From Octopus bimaculoides (Eukaryota), in NCBI RefSeq assembly GCF_001194135.2, contig NC_068996.1, positions 6,328,791 through 6,392,790 of the forward strand: a DNA stretch of 64,000 bases. Reading direction: 5' to 3'. A program made the translations under genes and the position numbers. The notes beneath the pieces are model-generated. The model ran no database searches, was not told the origin of the DNA, and saw only the letters and a list, made by a program, of their open reading frames with translations. The first letter of the stretch is position 1. The number at the start of each line of letters is the position of its first letter. Below, in pieces: positions 35,331-47,622 of the stretch.

Positions 35331-35999
35331 AATATATATATAGTAAATCCAAAAAAAGAACAAACACCAAAAAACAACAACGCAAGGACATGATACATGT
35401 AATGTATTAGCAGACACTCAGGAAAGGATATATATATAACAAAGCCAAAATTACAACATTGGATCAAAATGTTGTTCTCCAACTTGTCAGCTCCTGTCAA
35501 ACTGCCATCAGAGAAAGTGTGTGTGTGTGTGTGTGGTGAGGGAGTCAATATGCATGCATGCAATGCAAATAATAATCATTTTACATTACATCTGCTTTCT
35601 CTGCTGGCATGTCAGGCTGGTTTGATAGGATCCAACAGGTTGGAGGAAGACAGCTTTCTCCAATGTCTCAATTTTGGATTAGCTTTTACACTTTGATGTC
35701 ATAGTCTAACAGTAACTACTTTACTGAGTGTAATATATGCATTTTTCTATGGCACCAGTAATACAGAGGTTGTCTTGTCCTCAGCAAAACTATAGTGTCC
35801 TCTCAAACTCTGTGTTATCTCTGATTCACCAACTCATTTACAGTGTCTTGGGTGGTTTTCTTTTTTATATAATCTATTGCGGTTACCTTGTTAACAGAGC
35901 AGAAAGAGCCTCCATCTTACTCTGTCCTTCAGATTGGTTAACCATGTATCTCCACTACTGCAATACACCTGTTACTGGCCTCAATTTTAGTCACTCTCC

Positions 36000-36450
36000 C
36001 TCCCTCCCTCTCTCTGGGTAACCATGTATCTCCTCTACAGCAAGACACCTGTTTCTGTCTCTCTGTCATATTCTAACCCTTCATCATCTGGCTCAAGACT
36101 ACCCCCTCCAATACCCCTTTCCTTTTCAAAGGATCTTTGTGTTGCAAGTTACTTGTTGACCCTGTCATGCTGTTGCTACATAAAAGGCATCCAGTCAAAA
36201 CTGAAAGGTGGTTCGTATTTGGAAGGGCATCCAGCTGTAAAAACCATGCAAAAACTGATCTCACTTGTGTTGGTACCACGTAAAAAAGTACTCAGTCCAC
36301 TCTGCGGATTGGTCGGTGTAAGGAAGAGCATCCTGCCATAAAAACCCCTGCCAAAACAGACAGTGAAGCACGGTGCAGTCTTCTGCCTGGACAGCTTCAG
36401 TCAAACTGTCCAACCCATAACAGTATGGAAGGAGGACGTTAAATGATGAT
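36000..36450 (+). mobile_element. older RTE-tail retroposon with a distinct upstream segment
   Basis: GGGTAACCATGTA..TCCTCTA.AGCAAGA.ACCT.TTTCTG upstream segment plus S3-like tail; the same arrangement occurs at 52140-52590. Confidence 0.6.
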
Positions 36451-36597
36451 ATAAGAGTAAATACAAAACCTACATACCCACGCACAAAGATATATTAATG
36501 TCAATGTGATAGACGTCTACATGATGAAAGTGGCAAATAACAAACGTTTATAAATGAAAGGACTAAATTCATAAATACTGATATATATATATACACG

Positions 36598-36665
<68 letters not shown>

Positions 36666-37068
36666 TATAAGACAATCCTTATCAAATTTAATATAATTAT
36701 GTTGTTCAAGTATCTTTATTTGCACGCGTATACATATGCACACGCATGCATATATATATACGTATATATACATATACACACACACATATATATCTATGTA
36801 AATAAAATATATGTGTGATCAATTAATCTACCACAACTTTAAAATGAATTTAATAATCTGAACATTAAATTCACAAGTGTTATCGTTTAATAATAATAGT
36901 AATAAAAAAAAAAATCGTTAAACCGCCACGTTAGCGACATCAGAATGTGCTGCAACTCTAGTGACACCAAAGCAGTGCAGCATTTAGTTGCTGTCTATAT
37001 AAGCTAATGCACAAATACATAACAGCAACACCAAGAAGTCGATATAAATAAATATAAATATGCATATT

Positions 37069-37100
<32 letters not shown>

Positions 37101-38376
37101 CAAACACATGCGTGTGCACAGACACACACATATATATATATATATATGGGAGAAAGTAAAAAAAAGTGATAAAGAAGAAAAACAAGAAAAGATTTACTGA
37201 AAGTTTTAAATACAACGCAAATAAAACAGCATAGATGCACTTGTGCATATCTACTGATTTTAAACTAATCGTATCCTTAGCTGCTCTTGGTTTTTACTTT
37301 CAAACAATAACTAAAGTTGCAGAAAGGGCAGTTTGGCTAATTTTATTTCTTTAAACAATGACTGGAATCAGGAGAATGATTTAATATAACGATCTTGGAA
37401 AACAGTGATGACAACCACCCTGAGAACAACAACAACAACAACGCAGAAGTTTCGATGTGATTACTGGTCAATCAGCTAGATATAGCAGCGAAATCTTCTC
37501 ACCTTATATATCATCTTAGAGAAGGACACATTAGATAATGTATTTCTAGGTGCCCTGAGATAAAAAAAAGAAAAAACAAGAGGGGATAGGATGGGATGGT
37601 CATCACTGGAATGACTTGTAGATTTGCCTGCATGATCAAAGTCTGTTGGGGCACTGGGGTTAAACAGCGACAACATAATACAATTTAGAGGGTGGAGCTT
37701 CTGTTTTGACCATACAATTATATTTTTCAAAAGCTTTTACAAAAAGATAAAACGAAATTCAAGAGAAACTCTTACTGCTCTCACAAGAGAGAGTAAAAAA
37801 AACAAAAAAAAAACAAAAACAAGACAAACTGAAAGAAAATAAAAAGAGAAAGAAAGAAAAAAAAAATCAACATATTTTCTGTAGAAAGGGTTAAGAGTTG
37901 CAGCAATTTGACGGTAGCAGTTGTCAATGTACTTTCTGACGAGATATCATGTCTTTTCTCTCTCTCTCCCTCTCTCCCCCTCTCTCTCTCTCTCTCTCTC
38001 TCTCCTACATGAAACATTTAGTTGTTTTATGCCAACCACCACCACCACCGCTGTAAACACAACCAATCCAATGCACTATATAGCCACAGACGCATGCGTG
38101 CACACACACACCCATACCCACCTAGATAAATGCATATATTATTTTTAGGTGGAGTGAAAAATAAAGAAAGAAACCAACAAAGAATCTATGGAAGCTTCAG
38201 TTGGTCTGAGTCACTAAAAAAATTATATTTATCAGTAAAGTTAGAAGTTTCTTTAAGTTTATTTATTATAAGCAGGCGGTTGGAAGAAGGTGCTTCAAGT
38301 TCTTCCAAGAGAGACAGCGTTTGTCTTCGTCCTTCCTTTCTTCAACCTCATGGACTAAAGATTGAAGTGGGTAGAG

Positions 38377-38426
<50 letters not shown>

Positions 38427-38551
38427 TATTTTCTTGATCTCCGCAGAAGGACTCCAATGGGAATCATTGAAAACAATTTTCCCAACTGCATACAAGTTCA
38501 AAAACTTTACACACACATACATGAGTAAAAATATATCTGCAAACTAACGTG

Positions 38552-38587
<36 letters not shown>

Positions 38588-38717
38588 TGCTAAAATGTAT
38601 ATATTATACACACTAACACTCAATTATGCATATACAAATAATGCATACATTTCACACACACACACACACACACACAACTGACACTTAACACTTTTCATGC
38701 AGACAAGTTAATGGCGG

Positions 38718-38774
<57 letters not shown>

Positions 38775-39122
38775 GAATCAATATGTAAGTGTCAATGATT
38801 TACGATGCTTTCTATGCAGTATTTAAACAGTTATTTTCTGTTGTAGCAGTCTGAGTAATCTTCGAATTATGCTGCACCAAATACACACACACATACACTA
38901 ATATATCTGAATATATCCAAAACATGTTATGTGAGAATAGAAATAATATATTTCTAAATCTCTCAGAGAGATTTATGCAGTAGCAGCATGATAAAGTGAT
39001 AGCATGTTGTCAACTTAATGTGACAGTCCCATGAAAGGGAAGAATGCTACTGTTATTTAGCCCTTGGAAACACCGTTTCCTGTTGGACTTGACACATTTC
39101 CTGTGTCTTTATGTTTTCAAAG

Positions 39123-39252
39123 TGGCTCCAATCTAATTTGGCAGAGTTTCTACAGCTGGATGCCCTTCCTAATGCCAACCACTCAGAGAGTGTAGTGAGT
39201 GCTTTTACGTGTCACCCGCACGAAAACGGCCACGCTCGAAATGGTGTCTTTT
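39123..39252 (-). mobile_element. S3 segment lacking its 3' tail, abutting a gap
   Basis: Identical to the reverse complement of about 40496-40625, including three variants not seen in the other young copies. Confidence 0.8.
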
Positions 39253-39606
39253 NNNNNNNNNNNNNNNNNNNNNNNNNNNNNNNNNNNNNNNNNNNNNNNN
39301 NNNNNNNNNNNNNNNNNNNNNNNNNNNNNNNNNNNNNNNNNNNNNNNNNNNNNNNNNNNNNNNNNNNNNNNNNNNNNNNNNNNNNNNNNNNNNNNNNNNN
39401 NNNNNNNNNNNNNNNNNNNNNNNNNNNNNNNNNNNNNNNNNNNNNNNNNNNNNNNNNNNNNNNNNNNNNNNNNNNNNNNNNNNNNNNNNNNNNNNNNNNN
39501 NNNNNNNNNNNNNNNNNNNNNNNNNNNNNNNNNNNNNNNNNNNNNNNNNNNNNNNNNNNNNNNNNNNNNNNNNNNNNNNNNNNNNNNNNNNNNNNNNNNN
39601 NNNNNN

Positions 39607-39692
39607 CTATACGAGGTCTAAATATCCTCACTGTGACTATATATATATATATATATATATAGTCACAGTGAGGATATTTAGACCTCGTATAG
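39607..39692. repeat. perfect 86-bp palindrome centred on (TA)n
   Basis: CTATACGAGGTCTAAATATCCTCACTGTGAC-(TA)12-GTCACAGTGAGGATATTTAGACCTCGTATAG, starting at the first base after a gap. Confidence 0.9.
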
Positions 39693-39761
39693 GCATATTT
39701 TTATCCAAGATACACTGGTTTAATATATAAAATATTGTAAAATATAAAAGAGAGATCTAAT

Positions 39762-40049
39762 GGATACAAATTAATTTATTAATTAATCAACATATTCACC
39801 TACAATTGTTTCATTTCACAAACAAAATTAAAATTACAAAACATATACAAATATATAATTTTGCATTTTAAATAGCTTATATGGAAAACCATCAGGGTGT
39901 ACAAAGGTCAATGCAAGGATGATTTTCCATACAAGATATTTAAAATGCAAAATTATATATTTATGCACGTTTAGTAATTTTAATTTTATTTGTGAAATGA
40001 AACAGTTGTAGGTGAAAATGTTAATTAATTAATAAATTAATTTGTATCC
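39762..40049. repeat. AT-rich foldback element (about 130-bp imperfect arms)
   Basis: GGATACAAATTAATTTATTAATTAAT...ATGGAAAACCATC is mirrored by GATGATTTTCCAT...TTAATAAATTAATTTGTATCC, with a spacer of about 25 bp. Confidence 0.85.
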
Positions 40050-40075
40050 TTTAGAACACACTGTTTTCTAACTTG

Positions 40076-40118
<43 letters not shown>

Positions 40119-40394
40119 TATAAATAGCTTAGACATTCTGATACTAATAACCTGGTGTTAGGACTCAATATCCACATGCTTCAGAATGAAGTGTCACTTG
40201 AGTAAAGAGTAGTGATAAGAAACTGGGATGACAAAGTAACAAACAATGGTTAAGTTATGGACTTCATTAGCTTACAGCTGTTTCTACTATAAGATGCAAT
40301 GCACTCAATTGTGATTACTTGTGCATTTTATAGCAGACACAGTAGTAAGCTAATGAAATTCATAACATCTTTTATTCCTTTGTGTATGTATGAA

Positions 40395-40716
40395 ATGAGC
40401 GTGACCGTTGCCAGTACTGCCTGACTGGCCTTTGTAGGGTTTTCGAGTGAGATCGTTGCCAGTGCCCCTGGACTGGCTCTTGTGCGGGTGGCACATAAAA
40501 GACACCATTTCGAGCGTGGCCGTTTTCGTGCGGGTGACACGTAAAAGCACTCACTACACTCTCTGAGTGGTTGGCATTAGGAAGGGCATCCAGCTGTAGA
40601 AACTCTGCCAAATTAGATTGGAGCCTGGTGTTGCCATCCGGTTTCACCAGTCCTCAATTAAATCGTCCAACCCATGCTAGCATGGAAAGCGGACGTTAAA
40701 CGATGATGATGATGAT
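40395..40716 (+). mobile_element. young family S3 retroposon
   Basis: Internal repeat units followed by the full tail ...CGGACGTTAAACGATGATGATGATGA. Confidence 0.88.
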
Positions 40717-41793
40717 ATATATAAGAAGAAAAGAAAATGGAGATTAGGAAGTTAATAATTGTTTATTATTAACTTCCTAAACTCCATTTCTTTCCTTCTT
40801 TTAAATGAATATAAACTGTATGCTTTATATATACCTATTGTGTTGAGGGAATTTCATCCTCCCAAAATATCACTATTTCCTTGGAAGTAACCATCACTTC
40901 ATGGGGTTAACATATCTTCTAATTAAATATATATATATATATGCATATATGCATATATGCATACATATATGTGCATACTTACATATACATGTATATACAT
41001 ATGCATATATGAGTACAGGATGTCATAAAATGTAAACAACATGAAATACAAACTTTCTTGTGAAAATAAAAGAAACAAATGGAAAACAAGACAAATAACA
41101 TAAAGAACGACCCTTCATCAGTTGTCGGCTGTTTTATCTACTCTACATTTTGAGCAATTATGACAAAATGTGTCTTTGAAAAACAGTTACTCCCACAAAG
41201 CAAAATAAAATTTGGGATTTGTGGAGGGTCAAAGTTGGTAACAAAAACAGGACAGTGAAAACAAACAGTAAGGGCTGATAAGCCATAACAAGGTGAGGTG
41301 GCGAATCTGTGTGGCAGATCAAAAGGAAAGAAAGAAATTCAAGTTAGGAAAAGAAAGATGGCCAATGGTCACGTGTGAGCAATGAGAGAGTAGAGGAAGA
41401 GTGAGAAAGAGAGAGAGAGAGAGAGATAGAGAACAGTGAAGGGGAGACGAAAAGAATTAGAGAAAAATGAAAGGGGGAGAAGGGGAGATAAAGAGAATTT
41501 AAGAAAGAAAGAGAGAGGAAATGAAGGTGGGGAGAGAGAATGGTACAGAGAGTCACAACAGGGTGTGAACAGTATTTGAGGACAGATTTATAGTTTACAA
41601 AAAAAAACCCACTTATAAGCATCAATAACTGTCTCTACGCAGGGTCAAAATCATTTACCAGCTTGGATTAAGTGGTCCTTGTTCATATCAGTCTCTTTTG
41701 CCAACCTACTAAATTATGGGGACATAAACACACCAGCATCAGTTGTGAAGTGATGGTGGGAGGACAAACACAGACACACACACATATATATAT

Positions 41794-41824
<31 letters not shown>

Positions 41825-42426
41825 TATATATGACAGGCTTCTTTCAGTTTCCGTCTACCAAATCCACTCACAAGGCTTTGGTTGGCCCAAGGCTATAGAA
41901 GAAGATACTTGCCCAAGGTGCCACATAGTGGGACTGAACCCAGAATCATGTGGTTGATAAGCAAGCTACTTACCACACAGCTACTCCTGCGCTTATATGT
42001 GTGTATGTGTGTGTGTAATGTCAATACAAAAAGATACTACAATGATATATTAAACACATTATGGTATGAGTGGCTCACTAGCAATTAAAAACCAAAAAGG
42101 AATTAATAAATAAAGGGTGCAAAATAGCATCAGCAACTGCTAAAAATAAGAGTCAAAATTAACTCTAAAAGCCACGAAAAAGCACTAACCTCTTTATATT
42201 TACGGGAAGTGGGCACAGCAAGCTAAATGTTCTTCCCCTTTTTGAGATAAACTCACCAAAAAAAGAAAACAAAGTTGGACAAAGCTTTATCATATGATTT
42301 CAAAATTTAACCAGTAAGGTCTTGTTTCTCCTCAGAAGCATCTACCGACTAGATTAATGCTTTTTTGTGGACTTTAGAGTTAATTTTGGCTCTTATCTTT
42401 AGCAATCACTGGTGCTATTCTGCACC

Positions 42427-42462
<36 letters not shown>

Positions 42463-43177
42463 NNNNNNNNNNNNNNNNNNNNNNNNNNNNNNNNNNNNNN
42501 NNNNNNNNNNNNNNNNNNNNNNNNNNNNNNNNNNNNNNNNNNNNNNNNNNNNNNNNNNNNNNNNNNNNNNNNNNNNNNNNNNNNNNNNNNNNNNNNNNNN
42601 NNNNNNNNNNNNNNNNNNNNNNNNNNNNNNNNNNNNNNNNNNNNNNNNNNNNNNNNNNNNNNNNNNNNNNNNNNNNNNNNNNNNNNNNNNNNNNNNNNNN
42701 NNNNNNNNNNNNNNNNNNNNNNNNNNNNNNNNNNNNNNNNNNNNNNNNNNNNNNNNNNNNNNNNNNNNNNNNNNNNNNNNNNNNNNNNNNNNNNNNNNNN
42801 NNNNNNNNNNNNNNNNNNNNNNNNNNNNNNTATATATATATATATATATATACATATATATGACGGGCTTCTTTCAGCTTCCATCTACCAGATCCACTCA
42901 CAAGGCTTTGGTCGGCCCAAGGCTATAGAAGACACTTGCCCAAGGTGCCACGCAGTGGGGCTGAACCTGGAACCATGTGGTTGGTAAGCAAGCTACTTAC
43001 CACATAGCCACATATATATAATATATATCTTCATTTAACCTCCTCCATTATCCATGCTTGCATGGGTTCAACAGTTTGATCTGGACTGGTAAGCTGAAGG
43101 GTTGCACCACACTCTAGTCTGACTTGGCATGGTTTCTACGGCTGGATGTCGTTCCTAATGCCAACCACCCCAAGAGT

Positions 43178-43224
<47 letters not shown>

Positions 43225-43781
43225 TAGAGAGAGAGATAGTGACAAATATATACACACACAAGAGGATTCTTTCCATTTTCATCTATGAAATTAAAATATA
43301 TAGCTATCAGAAAAACAAACAAAGGAACCTGTATGTGGCCACTCAAATGGCTACAAACAGCAGCTAAATCTCTCTTGAAATCACACCCCAACAGCTTAAA
43401 AAAGAAAAAGAAAAAATGGAAGGACATAATAATTCTAAATATATTATATCTGGTGGGGGGGAGGGGAATAGGTAAAAATGCAATATTCACAACTAGAACA
43501 CCTTTGATCATATATATGTATGTTGGATTTGGGCTAAACAATTCCACGACCATCAAAAACACATCGGTTTGTAATAAACTGATTTGCTTCAACTTCTACA
43601 ACACACAAGTCAAATATTTGGATAAAAGGGTTCACAAAAGTTGGGTGGATATTTTACTATAAAGAACAAGAGATATGTACTGTTTTGAGTAAGATCCTTT
43701 GTTGTTAACTATATCCATAATAAAGAGTCCTGGTTGAAACAGATTAATTTATTTCCCTTTGTTAATTTTATATACTCTTAA

Positions 43782-43967
43782 CTCTTTTACTTGTTTCAGT
43801 CATTTGACTGCGGCCATGCTGGAGCACCACCTTTAGTCGAGCAAATCGACCCCAGGACTTATTCTATCGGTCTCTTTTGCAGAACCACTAAGTTACGGGG
43901 ACGTAAACATACCAGCATCGGTTGTCAAGCGATGTTGGGGGGAACAAACACAGACACACAAACATAT

Positions 43968-44027
<60 letters not shown>

Positions 44028-44120
44028 CGGGCTTCTTTCAGTTTCCGTCTACCAAATCCACTCACAAAGCTTTGGACGGCCCGAGGCTATAGTAGAAGAC
44101 ACTTGCCCAAGGTGCCACAT
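43782..44120 (-). mobile_element. young SINE family S2 (head truncated)
   Basis: Highly similar to 10170-10500, with CpGs retained. Confidence 0.85.
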
Positions 44121-44380
44121 TTACAATTTTGTTGAAGGAAGTCACTATTAGTTTCCTCAGATTCTGCTGTTTCATTGAAATATTTGTCGGTCAATTTTTT
44201 TCTTTAATGAGTGACATTAAAATAAGAAAAAGAAAAATGAACTCCAACAAATAGAGATTGAGAATAAATGTACATAAATATGATTACGCTGTTGATGTCA
44301 TTAGAAATTTCAAGAATTTGTAATATTTCTTTTTAGGAATGGTGAAGTTCAAAGCAATTAAAGTAGCTATAAAACCTTAC

Positions 44381-44667
44381 CAGCATCAGTAGGAAGAGAT
44401 ACGGTTGATGATGATAGATGTAAGTAGAGCTGATCAGATACTTGATCAATTCCAGCAAGGCATTGCTCAGATGAGGCTCGTGATTGAAAGCCGACATGTC
44501 CCAAATTGTCTTCACTTTTCCATCCATTGTTATTATTCCTGATTTTCTCATCATCCTCTTGATCAGTAAGTAGGCTGTTATCAAGTGTTGATTTTGACCG
44601 CTTATAAACACCCACAGACCGGTGTGACTGCTTGCTTCTGTAAGATGCATAGGTGTCACGCGGATAC
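44381..44667 (-). CDS. internal coding exon, upstream of and frame-compatible with 20283-20836
   Basis: 287 nt with acceptor TTTTAATTTACATGACAG|G and donor GCTG|GTAAGG, phase 2 to 1. Encodes YPRDTYASYRSKQSHRSVGVYKRSKSTLDNSLLTDQEDDEKIRNNNNGWKSEDN...SLPTDA without stops; unique sequence. Confidence 0.65.
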
Positions 44668-45308
44668 CTGTCATGTAAATTAAAACGAAAAAATAAGTCT
44701 TAAGACAAAGGAAAGTTTTCAGTTAGAAGCTCATTAAAAAAAATAAATTATTAATAATAGTTTCAAATTTTGGCACAAGGCCAGCAATTTTGAGGGAGTG
44801 GGTAAGTTAATAACCTCGACCCCAGTGCTTGACTGGTACTTATATTTCACCGGTCCCAAAAGGATGAATGGCAAAGTCAGCTTCATTGGAATCTGAATGC
44901 AGAACGTAAAACAGAAGAAATGCCATTAACCATTTTATCTGGTATGCTAATGGTTCTGCCAACTCTCCACCTTAAAGAATTTATTAGTAATAATAAATGG
45001 GAAAATTCAATAATTATACTTTCCAAAACTTTGATATTTTATTACCTGGTTTTCAAAATAATTGAGATTTGGAAGAATTCACAGAAATATTAGTATGATT
45101 TTCATAAATTAGTAATGTGAAGTGATGTTTCAAACACATTTTGGTAATATTGTTTATAAAAGTTAGAAACTTTTGTAAGTTGACATAACTCTCTCTCTCT
45201 GAGCAACTGCCTCATAGGCTGATACTTAAACTAATTTCTGTAATTCAATAATGCATTAATTAAGTGGTTTCTGCTTTTATGAAACTTGCTCGTCTAATGT
45301 CACCTCAC

Positions 45309-45351
45309 CTTAAACAGTGTACATGGGCTTCTAACTTTCTTCTTTGATACA
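45309..45351 (-). other. candidate 43-nt coding exon upstream of 44667
   Basis: Donor AAG|GTGAGG and a modest acceptor ATGCTTTTAG; reads YQRRKLEAHVHCL and joins in frame to (R)YPRDTY. Could be chance. Confidence 0.2.
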
Positions 45352-46052
45352 CTAAAAGCATTTCTCATTTACTGAACAGATTGTCAAAATTCTTTCTTAG
45401 AACTGCATTCCTCTCACATGTGTACCACTGTAACTGTTAATACCTTCATCATCACAACCCCTGCACCAACACAATTTGTTATTGTATATTGGAGTATGTA
45501 ATATAGTTCTCAGCTTAAGTGAAAACCTGCTGTAAGTGGGAAAACAGATTTTGAGCTGCACCTTGTCGTTCCATCAACTTCTAGCATACAATAAGTTTGT
45601 TCAATTGGAGCTGATCAAGGACAATACAATAACATCATCAGTGTTATCAGCAACCTCTTTAATTTTAGGCCTGCATGTCTCTAACCTTTTTCAATCAGTG
45701 TAAGGATTCTCTTGTGTTTTCTGCTAACATATAATAAGCTTTGTTTAGACTACTTCCACTTCCTGTAAACACAACTAACATCAGCTCACTCAAAATATAC
45801 ATCATATATTAATTACAATTACACGTCTGCTTCAGAGTAAATGCCTCAGTCTTGATACAAAAACTTATCTTGTTGGTATTTGCTGTTTAGTTTCCATAGC
45901 AGACCTGATCAAAGCAATCCAACCTGTGATTATTTCATCCTTTATTCAGATTTAGTATATGTAGGATTATATTACCTGATGTGTTCCTTTTTTTTTTAAA
46001 TCAACAGAAAAATTTGACTACTATTTCTAGCAATTTGAGCAATCATGCAAAG

Positions 46053-46278
46053 CAGTGGTTCTCAACCATTTTTTACCTGTGGACTCCTTTGATTCCTATT
46101 TTACTCAGGTGGATCCTCTCAGCCATTTGATGTTTAAAAAAATGATATTATATTTTTATACTTAAAAGGAACTGTATAAAAAATTTTAAATATTTTTTGT
46201 ATTGTAAAAGTAGAACCGATTTACTGTACATAGATTTAAACAATAAAACCTTGTACGGACCCTGGTTGAGGATCACTG
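46053..46278. mobile_element. hAT (Charlie-like) MITE with 8-bp TSD
   Basis: TIRs CAGTGGTTCTCAACC / GGTTGAGGATCACTG; flanks ATGCAAAG and ATGTAAAG. Confidence 0.8.
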
Positions 46279-47622
46279 ATGTAAAGGCTATTGTGGTGGT
46301 CTAAGATGCATTCTACAACTCTATGGCTTCAAATCTTGTAATAAGCTTCTCAGGTTTATCTAGAAAAAATCTAGAAAAATCCTTACTTAGTATATACCCA
46401 TCTCCAAATATTTCAAATCTTTAAAAAGATTCTTTGAAATATCTTCATTCATTCATTTCATGTAAGATAAAATAATTTTACTATCTTAATAATTCTGTAA
46501 TTTTGAAGGTGTTTAATGTTTCATTTCAATTTCACGATGTCTTGTTTTTCTCTTTCAGCATAATTTTGATTAATGAGGTACAATGTTATTTCCTTCTATG
46601 TGGTTGGTAGAGGGGTGGCAAATACTTCACTTAAGTGCAAGCACGTTTCCTGTAAATTCATCTGGTTATAATCTTATTTCTGATACACTTCTTGCTTACA
46701 TGTTATGTAAGTAGTATCTAATTACTTTCATTAACCTTTCCATTCATTTGATCTAGTAAACACTCATCCGCTCTCTCTCTCTCTCTCTCTCTCTTTCCAT
46801 ACATACACTCAAGTATGAAGAGAATTTGAATACTTGGCAGCAGGGTTGAAGTTATCAGATATCAAGACTGATCAAACACCACAGCTTCTTGATTTTACAA
46901 AGCATGCTCTTCTCAAGTTAATACTTAATTGTGATTTTCTTTGACTTAACCTTTTTTGATAACACCCTGCAACAAGACTATCTCTGCTTCTCTGATACAA
47001 ACTTCCTGTTTTAAAATGATCTCAAAACTTCATGTAAAATTTAAAAAATCTCATGTTAATCTATTTTCCATACACCAACTTAATAACGATAAAGATATTT
47101 TACTAAATTCTTCATTATTTTCAAAATTAACTGAAACAAAGACAGTCTATTTCAATAAATATCATCATCATTTTTGTTTCGCATTTCAAAGATTGCACTG
47201 AGTGGACAGAGTTTATTGAGGCAGATTGTTTTTATTGCCTGATGTTCTTACTACCGAACCTCACTTGTTTCCAAATGTCTGTTTGTAAAATTCATGTTAC
47301 CATTTTTAGTCTGCTAACATGAATTCACAAACACACATTTAGCATCCAAATGTACATCTTTTTACCTCTGATGATATTGTGCTCATGTCGCATAAATGTA
47401 AATTCAATGCTTACTGAGTATTAATAGAAACGGCTGTAAGTGAAGATGACCAATTTGCTGTTAATAATAAACAATTATTAACTTCACAATCTCCATTTTC
47501 CTCTTCTCTTAAATGAATATGAACTGTATGTTTTTATATAAACCTATTATTTTAAGGAAATTCATTCCCCCAAAATACTAGGTATTTCCTTGGATGAAAC
47601 CATCCCTTCAAGAGGTTAACAA

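Noticed and set aside
39607-39692. Perfect palindrome with mariner-like TACGAGGTCT ends as a mini-MITE
   Set aside because: Zero mismatches, self-complementary (TA)n centre and start exactly at a gap edge; a strand-flip assembly artefact is more likely.
41040-41260. Second CTGATGA (minus strand, 41115-41121) in a Penelope-like context
   Set aside because: No stem II or downstream GAAA can be formed; not a hammerhead in this copy.
44333-44674. Alternative 113-aa reading frame over the exon
   Set aside because: With the observed donor it is not phase-compatible with the downstream exon; the other frame fits better, though this is unproven.
45400-45900. Possible ancient LINE RT remnant (ADNTDD resembling YADD)
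   Set aside because: Similarity is too weak to support by eye.
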